This document shows positions 36,183 to 44,357 of a stretch of 44,357 nucleotides of DNA, piece after piece (position 1 is the stretch's first letter; the number at the start of each line of letters is the position of its first letter). This DNA comes from an archaeon. Lineage in GTDB: Archaea > EX4484-52 > B79-G9. Made by a program: the position numbers and the translations under genes. The stretch covers positions 1 through 44,357 of the forward strand of contig JBDRKP010000042.1 in the NCBI GenBank assembly GCA_043813875.1. Direction: 5' to 3'. The notes under the pieces are model-generated. The model worked only from the letters and a program-made list of their open reading frames with translations, was not told the origin of the DNA and did no database searches.

Positions 36183-36359
36183 ATATCTTCAAAAAAGACT
36201 CTCGGCAGAAAATTGAAACTGATCAAAGCGAAAATCACAGCGACGTCGTCGCCAAGATGGGCTGATATCAAGAAATTCGGTCTTGGAAAGGCAAGATTCA
36301 GATCCATAAAAAGATTTGCCAGCAGGCACTGGAGAAGACGCGGCGGCCTGCAAATATAA
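36183..36359 (+). CDS. rpl39e: 50S ribosomal protein L39e; start assigned to ATA 36183 (alternative ATG 36171)
   Basis: SSKKTLGRKLKL.KA......P.W......RHWRR...L; position before rpl31e. Confidence 0.85.
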   Translation: MSSKKTLGRKLKLIKAKITATSSPRWADIKKFGLGKARFRSIKRFASRHWRRRGGLQI

Positions 36360-36390
36360 ATAAAGATAAAAGATAAAGAAAGTGATACTC

Positions 36391-36927
36391 ATGGCAGAAA
36401 GTAATGAAAAAGTCTATACAATCCCTCTTCGTGACGCATGGAAAGGACCATGCAAGAAAAGGTCTAAGAAATGCATGTTCGTCATAAGAGAGTTTGTCAA
36501 AAGGCACATGAAGACGGATAATGTAAAAATCGGTGTTGAACTCAATCACCAGATATGGGCAAATGGCATCAAAAACCCTCCACGAAAGGTCAAAGTCCAG
36601 GTTGTGCCACATGAAGATGCTGTCTGGGTAGAACTCCAGGGAGTCAAACTCGTGCTTGAAAAGAAGGAAGACAAGGAAAAGAAAAAAGAAGGAAAGAAGG
36701 AAGAAACTGCAGAAGCGGCCGGAAAGGAAGCAAAGACTGAAGAAAAGGGCGCAAAGCCTGCTCTTAAAGAAGCAGAAGCAAAAAAGGACACTGAAGCAAA
36801 ACCTGCAGCAAAAGTGAAGAAAGAAACTAAGCCAACAGATGATGCTAAAAAGGAGAAAAAGCCTCCAGTGACAGAAAAGAAAAAAGATCCTTCAAAAGAG
36901 TTACCTTCAAAGGCAAAGCTGCAATAA
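36391..36927 (+). CDS. rpl31e: 50S ribosomal protein L31e with ~85-aa Lys/Glu/Ala-rich tail
   Basis: YTIPLR, IREFVKRHMK, LN..IW..GI.NPPRKVKV. Confidence 0.93.
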   Translation: MAESNEKVYTIPLRDAWKGPCKKRSKKCMFVIREFVKRHMKTDNVKIGVELNHQIWANGIKNPPRKVKVQVVPHEDAVWVELQGVKLVLEKKEDKEKKKEGKKEETAEAAGKEAKTEEKGAKPALKEAEAKKDTEAKPAAKVKKETKPTDDAKKEKKPPVTEKKKDPSKELPSKAKLQ

Positions 36928-37020
36928 GTGAAAATCAGACCATACTGGTTGTCTTTCAAGGGCAATCCTATAACCAATTACAGTACAGTCATTGGTTGCT
37001 ATTTTAAGAGGTTATATATA

Positions 37021-37689
37021 ATGACAGTTTCTAAAGCGGATTTCCATGGCGACCCGAATGTAGGACTTTACGGGTTTGTCACGGACAGATATGCTATTGT
37101 TCCCGACAAAAATATAGATGCATCGTGTTTCAAGGTGCCGGTGATTTATTCTACTATAGCCCAGACTGAACTTACAGGGCTTTTTGCGGCAGGCAATTCT
37201 AATGGATTAATAGTCCCGCGAATCATCACAGAGCGCGAAGAAGACAGGATCAGGGCCGCCATAAAAAAGATCAATAAGAGCATAAATTTCCTGAAGCTGG
37301 ATGTCAATGAGACATGTATCGGAAATCTCATCTTATGCAATGATAATGTCGCAATCGTAAGCTCGCTTCTTGAAAACCATGCGGATATGATCAGCAAGTG
37401 CCTGAAGGTTCCTGTGGTCACCGGAAAGATACTTGACCTTGATATCATTGGATCGTTATGCGTCGCTACAAATAAAGGGTTCCTCCTTACAATCAACGGG
37501 ACTGAGGAGGAGTTCGGATTCCTTAAAAAGAACCTGAAGGTAAATGGCGATATCGGGACTGTGAATTTCGGCGGCGCTTTTGTGAAAAGCGGAATCCTTG
37601 CCAATTCGCATGCCGCGCTTCTCGGGAAGTTCACGACGGGCCCTGAAAGCGCAAGAATCGAAGAGGCGCTCGGCTTTATGGAGGAGTGA
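37021..37689 (+). CDS. eif6: Translation initiation factor 6 (aIF6)
   Basis: GDPNVGLY, GNSNG, GNLILCND, GS....TNKG, GTVNFG..FV.SG..AN, TTGPE..RIEEALG. Confidence 0.95.
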   Translation: MTVSKADFHGDPNVGLYGFVTDRYAIVPDKNIDASCFKVPVIYSTIAQTELTGLFAAGNSNGLIVPRIITEREEDRIRAAIKKINKSINFLKLDVNETCIGNLILCNDNVAIVSSLLENHADMISKCLKVPVVTGKILDLDIIGSLCVATNKGFLLTINGTEEEFGFLKKNLKVNGDIGTVNFGGAFVKSGILANSHAALLGKFTTGPESARIEEALGFMEE

Positions 37690-37691
37690 CT

Positions 37692-38105
37692 ATGGACGAA
37701 AATGTGCAGAGAAAAATGATGGAACTTGAATCATACAAGTCGCAGATGCAGCAGTATCAGCAGCAGAAGTCACAGGTCATGATGAGCGTACAGGAGCTTT
37801 TGAGCGCGAAAGCCACGATCGATAGCATGAAAAATGCAAAGAAAGGGACGGAAATGATAATCCCTATCGGAGGAGGCACATTCATCAAGGGCATCATCGA
37901 GAACCCCAAGGCAGTCATCGCTTCGATCGGCGCGGACATTGCTGTGACAAAGGATCTTCTGAGCGCCATAAAGCATATCGATGAGCAGGTAAAATCTGCA
38001 GAAAAAGGCATCTTAAAGATGGATGACGAGATACATAATATCGAGACAAAGGCGCAGAAGATATACATGGAAATCGAGACTGCTGTCGCCAAAGAAAAGA
38101 ACTGA
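37692..38105 (+). CDS. pfdA: Prefoldin alpha subunit
   Basis: Coiled coils flanking E.IIPIGGG.FI.G.I...IGA. Confidence 0.92.
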   Translation: MDENVQRKMMELESYKSQMQQYQQQKSQVMMSVQELLSAKATIDSMKNAKKGTEMIIPIGGGTFIKGIIENPKAVIASIGADIAVTKDLLSAIKHIDEQVKSAEKGILKMDDEIHNIETKAQKIYMEIETAVAKEKN

Positions 38106-38145
38106 TTTAAATATTAGTCTTACTTATTCTTATTTAGTGAGCATT

Positions 38146-39348
38146 ATGTTTGGATTATTCAAGAAAAAAATAAAAGAAGCTGTCGACAAATTAGCAGGTA
38201 AGATCAGCGAGGAGACTGAATCTCGCGAATCTCTGGAGGGTGGAAAAGATGTTTCTTTGGAAGAAAAAAAAGAAGAGGAGCCTACCGGTAAGGATACTTT
38301 CGTGGGGGCTGAAGCTCGCAGCGATGAATTATATAACGAAGAAAGTGAAAGAAAAGATTTCAGCGAGCCTAAAAGAGGAGCCGAAAGCAAGCTTAAAGAA
38401 GAGCGTGAAAAGGAAGACTTCACAAAGGCCAAAGAAAGCGGCAAGGCAGAAAAGGAAGTAAAGAAGGAAGGGATATTCTCAAAGATCACAAGCCCTCTCA
38501 CCAAGAAAACGCTGACACTAGAGTTTCTGGATGAGATCTTATGGGATATGGAGATTGTGCTTCTTGAGAATAATGTGGCGGAAGTTGTTGCTGAAAGGAT
38601 CATCAATGATATCAAGCTGAAGCTTGTGAACCTGTCTGTGCGCAAATCCGAGGCAGAACAGATCATCAAGAATACTATGAAAGAGACGATTCTTGAAGTG
38701 CTGGATATAAAGAAAGCAGATATTGACGAGTTGATACGGAGCGCGAAAGGCGATGGGCGGGCGCTGCTGATCATATTTCTTGGTTTCAATGGCAGCGGCA
38801 AGACCACGACCATGGGAAAGATGGGCAGATACCTGATGGATAGAGGCCATTCGTGCGTCTTTGCTGCGGCTGACAGTTTCAGGGCGGCGGCTATTGAACA
38901 GCTTGAGGTGCATGGACAGAATCTCGGTGTCAAGGTCATAAAGCAGAAATACGGGACTGATCCTGCTGCAATCATTTTTGATGCCATGAAGCATGCCAAT
39001 TCCAAGGGGATCAATGTCGTGCTTGCAGATACTGCGGGAAGAGTGCATACTGATAAGAATCTCGTCGAGGAGCTGAAGAAGATTGTCAGGGTGAACAAGC
39101 CGGATCTCAAGTTCCTTGTTATCGAATCGATTGCCGGCAACGATGTTGTTGAGCAGGCAAGGGTGTTTGATGAGGCCGGGATTGACGGTGTGATCCTTAC
39201 GAAGACGGATGTGGATGAGAAGGGCGGGAGCGCGCTTTCGTTGTGCTATACGCTGAAAAAGCCGATCTATTTCATCGGGACTGGGCAGAAGTATACTGAT
39301 TTTTTGGAGTTTGATGCCAAGAAAATGGTGAAGGGCATTTTTGATTGA
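38146..39348 (+). CDS. ftsY: SRP receptor FtsY
   Basis: MFGLFKKK, acidic A domain, GFNGSGKTTT, DSFRAAAIEQL, DTAGR, TKTDVD.KGG, GTGQ.Y. Confidence 0.96.
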   Translation: MFGLFKKKIKEAVDKLAGKISEETESRESLEGGKDVSLEEKKEEEPTGKDTFVGAEARSDELYNEESERKDFSEPKRGAESKLKEEREKEDFTKAKESGKAEKEVKKEGIFSKITSPLTKKTLTLEFLDEILWDMEIVLLENNVAEVVAERIINDIKLKLVNLSVRKSEAEQIIKNTMKETILEVLDIKKADIDELIRSAKGDGRALLIIFLGFNGSGKTTTMGKMGRYLMDRGHSCVFAAADSFRAAAIEQLEVHGQNLGVKVIKQKYGTDPAAIIFDAMKHANSKGINVVLADTAGRVHTDKNLVEELKKIVRVNKPDLKFLVIESIAGNDVVEQARVFDEAGIDGVILTKTDVDEKGGSALSLCYTLKKPIYFIGTGQKYTDFLEFDAKKMVKGIFD

Positions 39349-39528
39349 CGCCGTAGTAAAAACATTTCCTGGCAATCAACCCAGGAGAATCAGAGCCATA
39401 AAATACTGCGGGTCCTGTGATACAAAATCGCAGCGCTGAATCCCACCAAACACCTTGATGAGTTTATGAGCTACTTCTTCGTGATAAAAATGGATATGTT
39501 TATAAATATAGACCCTGTTATTGGTTAT

Positions 39529-39918
39529 ATGGATAACTATAATATACCAGAATGCATGAAGGAGAAAAAACAAATTTTTGTCAATATTATTTCTCCGTCA
39601 TATACCGGCCCTGGATTGTATCTTGGACTTGGACCAGAAGGCTATAAAATAGAACATCTTAAACCTCACTTATTAAGGGTTGTGCACTACAGCCAAGGTC
39701 GTAATCAACTCCAAATTGATAATGTTCCACTAGATAATATTAGGGTAATAAGAGGAGAAAGAGAAGGATCCGATGAATGTGAAAATCTTAGCTTAGATTA
39801 TAGTGGTGCTAGGGGTATGAGTTCTGAAATATTAACAAAGGGTTGGGAATATGATTATTATAAAACATTGCTTGATGCATCAATCAGGAAGGAATCTCTG
39901 AGCCCTACGTCCTTTTGA
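39529..39918 (+). CDS. Hypothetical AT-rich protein
   Basis: Low-GC ORF; TTTATAAATA box about 20-30 nt before ATG 39529 (ORF track start 39466); 3' end overlaps mutL. Confidence 0.55.
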   Translation: MDNYNIPECMKEKKQIFVNIISPSYTGPGLYLGLGPEGYKIEHLKPHLLRVVHYSQGRNQLQIDNVPLDNIRVIRGEREGSDECENLSLDYSGARGMSSEILTKGWEYDYYKTLLDASIRKESLSPTSF

Positions 39919-41668
39919 ATCTTTTTTCTATCTCTGAAATAGTCATCTCAATGATTGTGGGCCTGCCGTGCGGGCAGGTGTATGGCGCATCGCATAGTTC
40001 AAGGTCTTTCAACAGGTCAAGCATCTCTTTGTCGGTCATCGGGTCTCCTGCTTTTATTGATGCTTTGCAGGCGATTGTCTTTATCAGGGATTCTTTCAGG
40101 CTGTCTATCGGGCTTGTTCTTGCTGCTTCCATGATGCTGTCGATAACATCAGTGATTTTTGAGTCGTCGTATTGCCTTCCCAGTATCACGGGTATGGATC
40201 TTACGGAGAATGAGTTGTCGGAGTATGGCTCGATGTCGAAGCCGGCGGATTTCAGGATTTTCAGGTGGTCTTTCATGATATGTGCATCTTTTGGGGACAG
40301 GCTGATTATTTTAGGTGTGAGGAGTGACTGGCTATCTTCTTTGCCGTATGGCGATCGCTTTAGTTTCTCGTAGTTTATGCGCTCGGCTGCTGCATGCTGG
40401 TCTATGAGGTGCATGGAATCTTTTGATTCTGCTATGATGTAGGTGCTGCTTACCTGGCCCAGGATTTTTAATTGCGGCAGTTTCCTGAAGCTGAAATCTT
40501 CTTCTTTTGCTTCTTTTATCATCATCTGTCTTGGGGCTGTCCTGTGTGGGAATGATGCGGGGCTTGTGTATATCGGTCTTCTATCTCCTGATGAGGGCTC
40601 TTTGTATTGAATTGGTATTTTTTTCTGGATGGTCTTTTCTATCACTTTTGGTATCAGATGATTCCTGTCGAGGGCTGATTTGACGGCGGTGTATACTGCC
40701 TCGTAGAGTTCGTTCTCTTTTTCTATCCTTATCTCTGTTTTTGCTGGGTGGACGTTGACGTCTATGGTCCTCGGGTCGAGCTCTATCGAGATTATGAATA
40801 ACGGATGGCGGCCTATGGGCAGGAGGGTATGGTATGCGTCGTAGACTGCGCGGGTGATGAGGTTGTTCTTTATGTATCTAAAGTTGACGTAGATGGACTG
40901 GTTCTTCCTGCCGGCTCTTGTGAGCGAGGGTTTTGATGTGTAGCCTGCAATCTTTATCTCTCTTGTTGTGTGCTCTATCTTTAACATGTCCTGCGCTACA
41001 TCTTTTCCGTAGATTGTCGCGATGTTTGCGAGCATGTCGCTGGTTTGGGGTGATGTCAATAATGGCTTCCCGTCGGAGATGAGCCTGAAGTAGATGCCGG
41101 GATATATGAGCGTATAGCTTGTGATTACGTCTATAATGTTCCCGAGTTCAGTTGATGTTGATTTTAGGTATTTCAGCCGTGCCGGTGTGTTGAAGAAGAG
41201 GTCTTTTACGGCTATGACTGTGCCGGGTGGCATGCCGGTGTCTTTTACTGATATCCGGTCTTTTCCTTCCTGGATTATTTCTGTGCCGAGAGGAGATTCT
41301 TTTGTCTTGGTCTTGAGCGTGAATCTTGAGACTGATACGATGCTTGCGAGCGCTTCGCCGCGGAAGCCGAGGGTGTGGATGTCTGAAAGGTCGTTTTCGT
41401 CTCTTATCTTTGATGTCGCGTGGCGCTCTAATGAGAGTTCTGCATCGGCTCTTGTCATGCCGCTGCCGTTATCGGTTATATGGATGAGAAACTTTCCGCC
41501 TTCTTCGACCTCTACTGTGATTTCGGTTGCTCCGGCGTCGATGGAGTTCTCGATTAGTTCCTTTACGACGGATGAGGGGCGCTCGATGACCTCGCCAGCG
41601 GCTATTTTTGAGATGAGGTGGTCGTCGAGGAGGATGATTCTTGAGTCGTTTTTAAAGTTTTGTTCCAT
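39905..41668 (-). CDS. mutL: DNA mismatch repair endonuclease MutL
   Basis: IAAGEVIERPSSVVKELIENSIDA, HATSKI, LGFRGEALASI, DQHAAAER, ACK, CPHGRP. Confidence 0.97.
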   Translation of the reverse strand: MEQNFKNDSRIILLDDHLISKIAAGEVIERPSSVVKELIENSIDAGATEITVEVEEGGKFLIHITDNGSGMTRADAELSLERHATSKIRDENDLSDIHTLGFRGEALASIVSVSRFTLKTKTKESPLGTEIIQEGKDRISVKDTGMPPGTVIAVKDLFFNTPARLKYLKSTSTELGNIIDVITSYTLIYPGIYFRLISDGKPLLTSPQTSDMLANIATIYGKDVAQDMLKIEHTTREIKIAGYTSKPSLTRAGRKNQSIYVNFRYIKNNLITRAVYDAYHTLLPIGRHPLFIISIELDPRTIDVNVHPAKTEIRIEKENELYEAVYTAVKSALDRNHLIPKVIEKTIQKKIPIQYKEPSSGDRRPIYTSPASFPHRTAPRQMMIKEAKEEDFSFRKLPQLKILGQVSSTYIIAESKDSMHLIDQHAAAERINYEKLKRSPYGKEDSQSLLTPKIISLSPKDAHIMKDHLKILKSAGFDIEPYSDNSFSVRSIPVILGRQYDDSKITDVIDSIMEAARTSPIDSLKESLIKTIACKASIKAGDPMTDKEMLDLLKDLELCDAPYTCPHGRPTIIEMTISEIEKRFKRT

Positions 41669-41717
41669 AATCTATGTTTGCAAGATAATGTTAAATTTGT
41701 TGGGATGTTCTTTAAGT

Positions 41718-44309
41718 TTAAAAAAGAGTTTTCTGGACTTCTTTATTTTTCTCCTGCGCTAACTGAGTTCTTTCTTTGTCATGTTTTTTTGGTTCTTCTT
41801 TTTCTGTTTGTTTATCTTCTTCTTTTATGAGCTTCAACTGGTCTTTGGGATGTATCCTGTATTTGTTGAAGAGGCTTGCGTCCTCTTTTTCGAGACCAAC
41901 CTGTATATTTTTTGCGCGCTCTATCACGGCTTTGGGGAGGCCGCTCAATTCTGCTACCTGGATGCCGTAGCTTTTGTCTGTGCCGCCTTCCACCAGCTTG
42001 CGCAAAAATATTATGGTGTCGCCTTCCTCTTTTGCGGTCATGTGGTAATTCTTCACACCGTGCAGTTCTGTCTCAAGGATGTTGAGCTGGTGGAAGTGGG
42101 TGGCAAAGAGGGTCTTTGCGCGGATTGTCTCGTGGAGGTATTCGGCTGCTGACCAGGCAATGCTTAAGCCGTCGAATGTGGATGTGCCGCGGCCGATCTC
42201 GTCGAGGATGACGAGGCTTTTGTCTGTAGCGTTGTTCAGGATGTTTGCGGTCTCGTTCATCTCTATCATGAATGTGGACTGGCCCATGGTGAGGTCGTCG
42301 TAGGCGCCGATGCGGGTGAAGATGCGGTCGATGATGCTTATTTTTGCGCTTGATGCGGGGACGTATGAGCCTGCCTGGGCAAGGAGGACTATGAGTGCGA
42401 TGCTACGCATGTATGTGCTTTTGCCTGCCATGTTCGGGCCGGTTATTATCATCAGGCGATTGTCTTTGTCGTCGAGGTGGACGTCGTTTGTTATGTAGGA
42501 GCCGGCTATCTTTTCGACGACCGGGTGGCGGGCGTCTTTTATGTCTATTGCGCCGGTGTCTGTTATCTTTGGCCTTATGTAGCTGTTTTCGTGGGCGAGA
42601 TGGGCAAGGGAAGTGTAGACGTCAAGCAATGCCAGGTTTCTTGCAGCCTGCTGGATGTCCATTGTGTGTTTTGATATCTCCTGTATGAGGTTTATGAATA
42701 GATCATATTCCATGGATACTATCTTTTCTTCTGCGCCGAGTATCTCTGACTCCTTTACTTTCAGTTCTTCGGTTATGAAGCGCTCGCCGTTGACTGTTGT
42801 CTGCTTACGGATGTAGGTGTCCGGGACCATCCCGAGGTTTGATCTTGAGATCTCTATGAAGTAGCCGAAGACCTTGTTGAAGCGGACTTTGAGGGATTTT
42901 ATGCCGGTCTTCTGCTTTTCTTCCTGCTCGTATCTTGATACCCATTCTTTCGCGTTGCCTGAGAGATATCTGAGCTCGTCAAGCTCCACATTGAAGCCTG
43001 ATCTTATCATACGTCCTTCCCGTACGCTCAAGGGAGGGTCTTCTGATATGGCCTTATCTATCATGTCGTGTATGTGCTGCATGTCTTTTGTGTCTCTTAT
43101 TTTTTTGAGCTCTTCTGAGGTTGCGTTTTTCAAGTATCTTTTTAACTCTGGGATGAGCGCCAGGGTTCTTTTTAGTCCCAGGAGGTCTCTTGCGTTCGCG
43201 GTGCCGTAGACTATGCGGGAGATGATGCGCTCGATGTCGTAGGTCTCTTTCAGGGTGTCCCGGAGGTTTTCTTTTGTGATATATGCGCTTATGAGTTCTT
43301 CGATGGCGTCGAGGCGGTCGTTGATCTTTTTTTGGTCCATGAGGGGTTTTAGGATGCGGTGGATGAGGAGGCGCGAGCCCATGGGGGTGAGGGTGCGGTC
43401 GACGGTCTCAAAGAGGGTTCCACGGGTTGTGTTTTCGCGGATGTTTCTTATGAGCTCGAGGTTCCTTTGGGTTGTGGGGTCTATTGTCATGAATTCTGTG
43501 TTCCTGTGGAGATGGATGGCGTTTATGTGGGTGAGGGCGGTCATCTGGGTCTCTTTCAGGTAGGACATGAGAGCGCCTGCCGATGAGACGGCTGCGGGGC
43601 AGCCGATGATGCCGAAGCCTTCGAGGGATGCGACCTTGAAATGGGCTTTCAGGGATTCTTCTGCTTTTGACGGGATGAAATTGCGCGACGGATATGATGA
43701 TATTGTTGCCGAGCTGTTTATGTTTTTTAAGGCATTGTAGAAGCGGTTGTCTGTGAAGAGCGTTTCCTCTACTAGTATCTCTTTGGGGCTGAATCTTGTT
43801 ATCTCGTTTATGAAGTCGTCCTGGCTGTCTGACTGTGAGATGAGGAATTCGCCTGTGGATATGTCTGTTATTGCCATGCCTATATGCTTGTCTTTTTTGC
43901 AGACTGAGGCGAGGTAGTTGTTCTCTTTTTCCTCGAGCATGGATGAAGAGAGGACTGTGCCGGGTGTTATCACGCGGATGACGCCGCGCCTGACAAGGCC
44001 TTTCGCGAGCTTCGGGTCCTCTAGCTGCTCTGCGACTGCCACTTTGTAGCCTGCTTTTATGAGCTTTGCGAAGTAGGGCTCGTAGGCGTGGTGGGGAATG
44101 CCGGCAAGGGGAATGGGCTGGCCGTCGTAGTTGGTGCCGCGTTTGGTGAGGGTGATGTTTAGGACTTTTGATGCTATTTTTGCGTCCTCGAAGAACATCT
44201 CGTAGAAGTCGCCCATGCGGAATGCGATTATGCAGTCGGGGTATTTGTCTTTCATCTCGTGGTACTGGGCGAGCATCGGGGTGGGTTTTGACATAGTTGT
44301 ATGTTTCAT
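41718..44309 (-). CDS. mutS: DNA mismatch repair protein MutS (MutS1); start may be ATG 44294
   Basis: TPMLAQY, FRMGDFYEMF, TGPNMAGKSTY, STFMIEM, DEIGRGTST, FATHFH, SYGIQVA. Confidence 0.97.
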   Translation of the reverse strand: MKHTTMSKPTPMLAQYHEMKDKYPDCIIAFRMGDFYEMFFEDAKIASKVLNITLTKRGTNYDGQPIPLAGIPHHAYEPYFAKLIKAGYKVAVAEQLEDPKLAKGLVRRGVIRVITPGTVLSSSMLEEKENNYLASVCKKDKHIGMAITDISTGEFLISQSDSQDDFINEITRFSPKEILVEETLFTDNRFYNALKNINSSATISSYPSRNFIPSKAEESLKAHFKVASLEGFGIIGCPAAVSSAGALMSYLKETQMTALTHINAIHLHRNTEFMTIDPTTQRNLELIRNIRENTTRGTLFETVDRTLTPMGSRLLIHRILKPLMDQKKINDRLDAIEELISAYITKENLRDTLKETYDIERIISRIVYGTANARDLLGLKRTLALIPELKRYLKNATSEELKKIRDTKDMQHIHDMIDKAISEDPPLSVREGRMIRSGFNVELDELRYLSGNAKEWVSRYEQEEKQKTGIKSLKVRFNKVFGYFIEISRSNLGMVPDTYIRKQTTVNGERFITEELKVKESEILGAEEKIVSMEYDLFINLIQEISKHTMDIQQAARNLALLDVYTSLAHLAHENSYIRPKITDTGAIDIKDARHPVVEKIAGSYITNDVHLDDKDNRLMIITGPNMAGKSTYMRSIALIVLLAQAGSYVPASSAKISIIDRIFTRIGAYDDLTMGQSTFMIEMNETANILNNATDKSLVILDEIGRGTSTFDGLSIAWSAAEYLHETIRAKTLFATHFHQLNILETELHGVKNYHMTAKEEGDTIIFLRKLVEGGTDKSYGIQVAELSGLPKAVIERAKNIQVGLEKEDASLFNKYRIHPKDQLKLIKEEDKQTEKEEPKKHDKERTQLAQEKNKEVQKTLF

Positions 44310-44357
44310 TCGAAGAAATAAAAAATGTTCGGATTGTATTTGGGATTTTCTTGTGAA

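Noticed and set aside
39376..39573. 65-aa minus-strand ORF after ftsY
   Set aside because: It overlaps the promoter and start of the plus-strand orphan and has no convincing start signal or motif
1..44357. Stop-codon reassignment or inteins
   Set aside because: Conserved genes end at expected lengths using TAA, TAG and TGA, and none shows an intein-sized insertion

Overview
Chromosomal segment of an archaeon, most likely DPANN (Aenigmarchaeota/Woesearchaeota-like; inferred from gene content, Cys-rich surface protein, wHTH-MNT/HEPN modules and tRNA-Ile(UAU)). It is mostly housekeeping: valS; the rpoE'-spt4-rps24e-rps27ae-kae1 cluster; lemA-htpX; gpmI; adkA; cmk; RecJ-like DHH; herA; ADP-dependent sugar kinase; MinD; the rnp4-rps19e-PDCD5-rpl39e-rpl31e-eIF6-pfdA-ftsY cluster; and mutS-mutL. 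There are three tRNA genes: intron-containing tRNA-Ile(UAU), tRNA-Trp(CCA) with a 182-nt box C/D-type intron, and tRNA-Gly(GCC). Two toxin-antitoxin islets abut tRNA 3' ends. The most notable unexplained features are: (i) three highly structured non-coding elements (a ~375-nt multi-hairpin element at 3635-4010, an 88-bp palindromic tandem array at 33425-33659, and a twin-hairpin element with a duplicated 24-nt motif upstream of rpl39e); (ii) apparent AUC/AUA/UUG starts on three ribosomal-protein genes at the SD spacing used by AUG genes; (iii) an apparently catalytically dead pyrophosphatase, a divergent ATCase-like transcarbamylase and a frameshifted metE. No CRISPR array, integrase or transposase was seen. 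All calls are from manual reading; no searches or folding programs were run.
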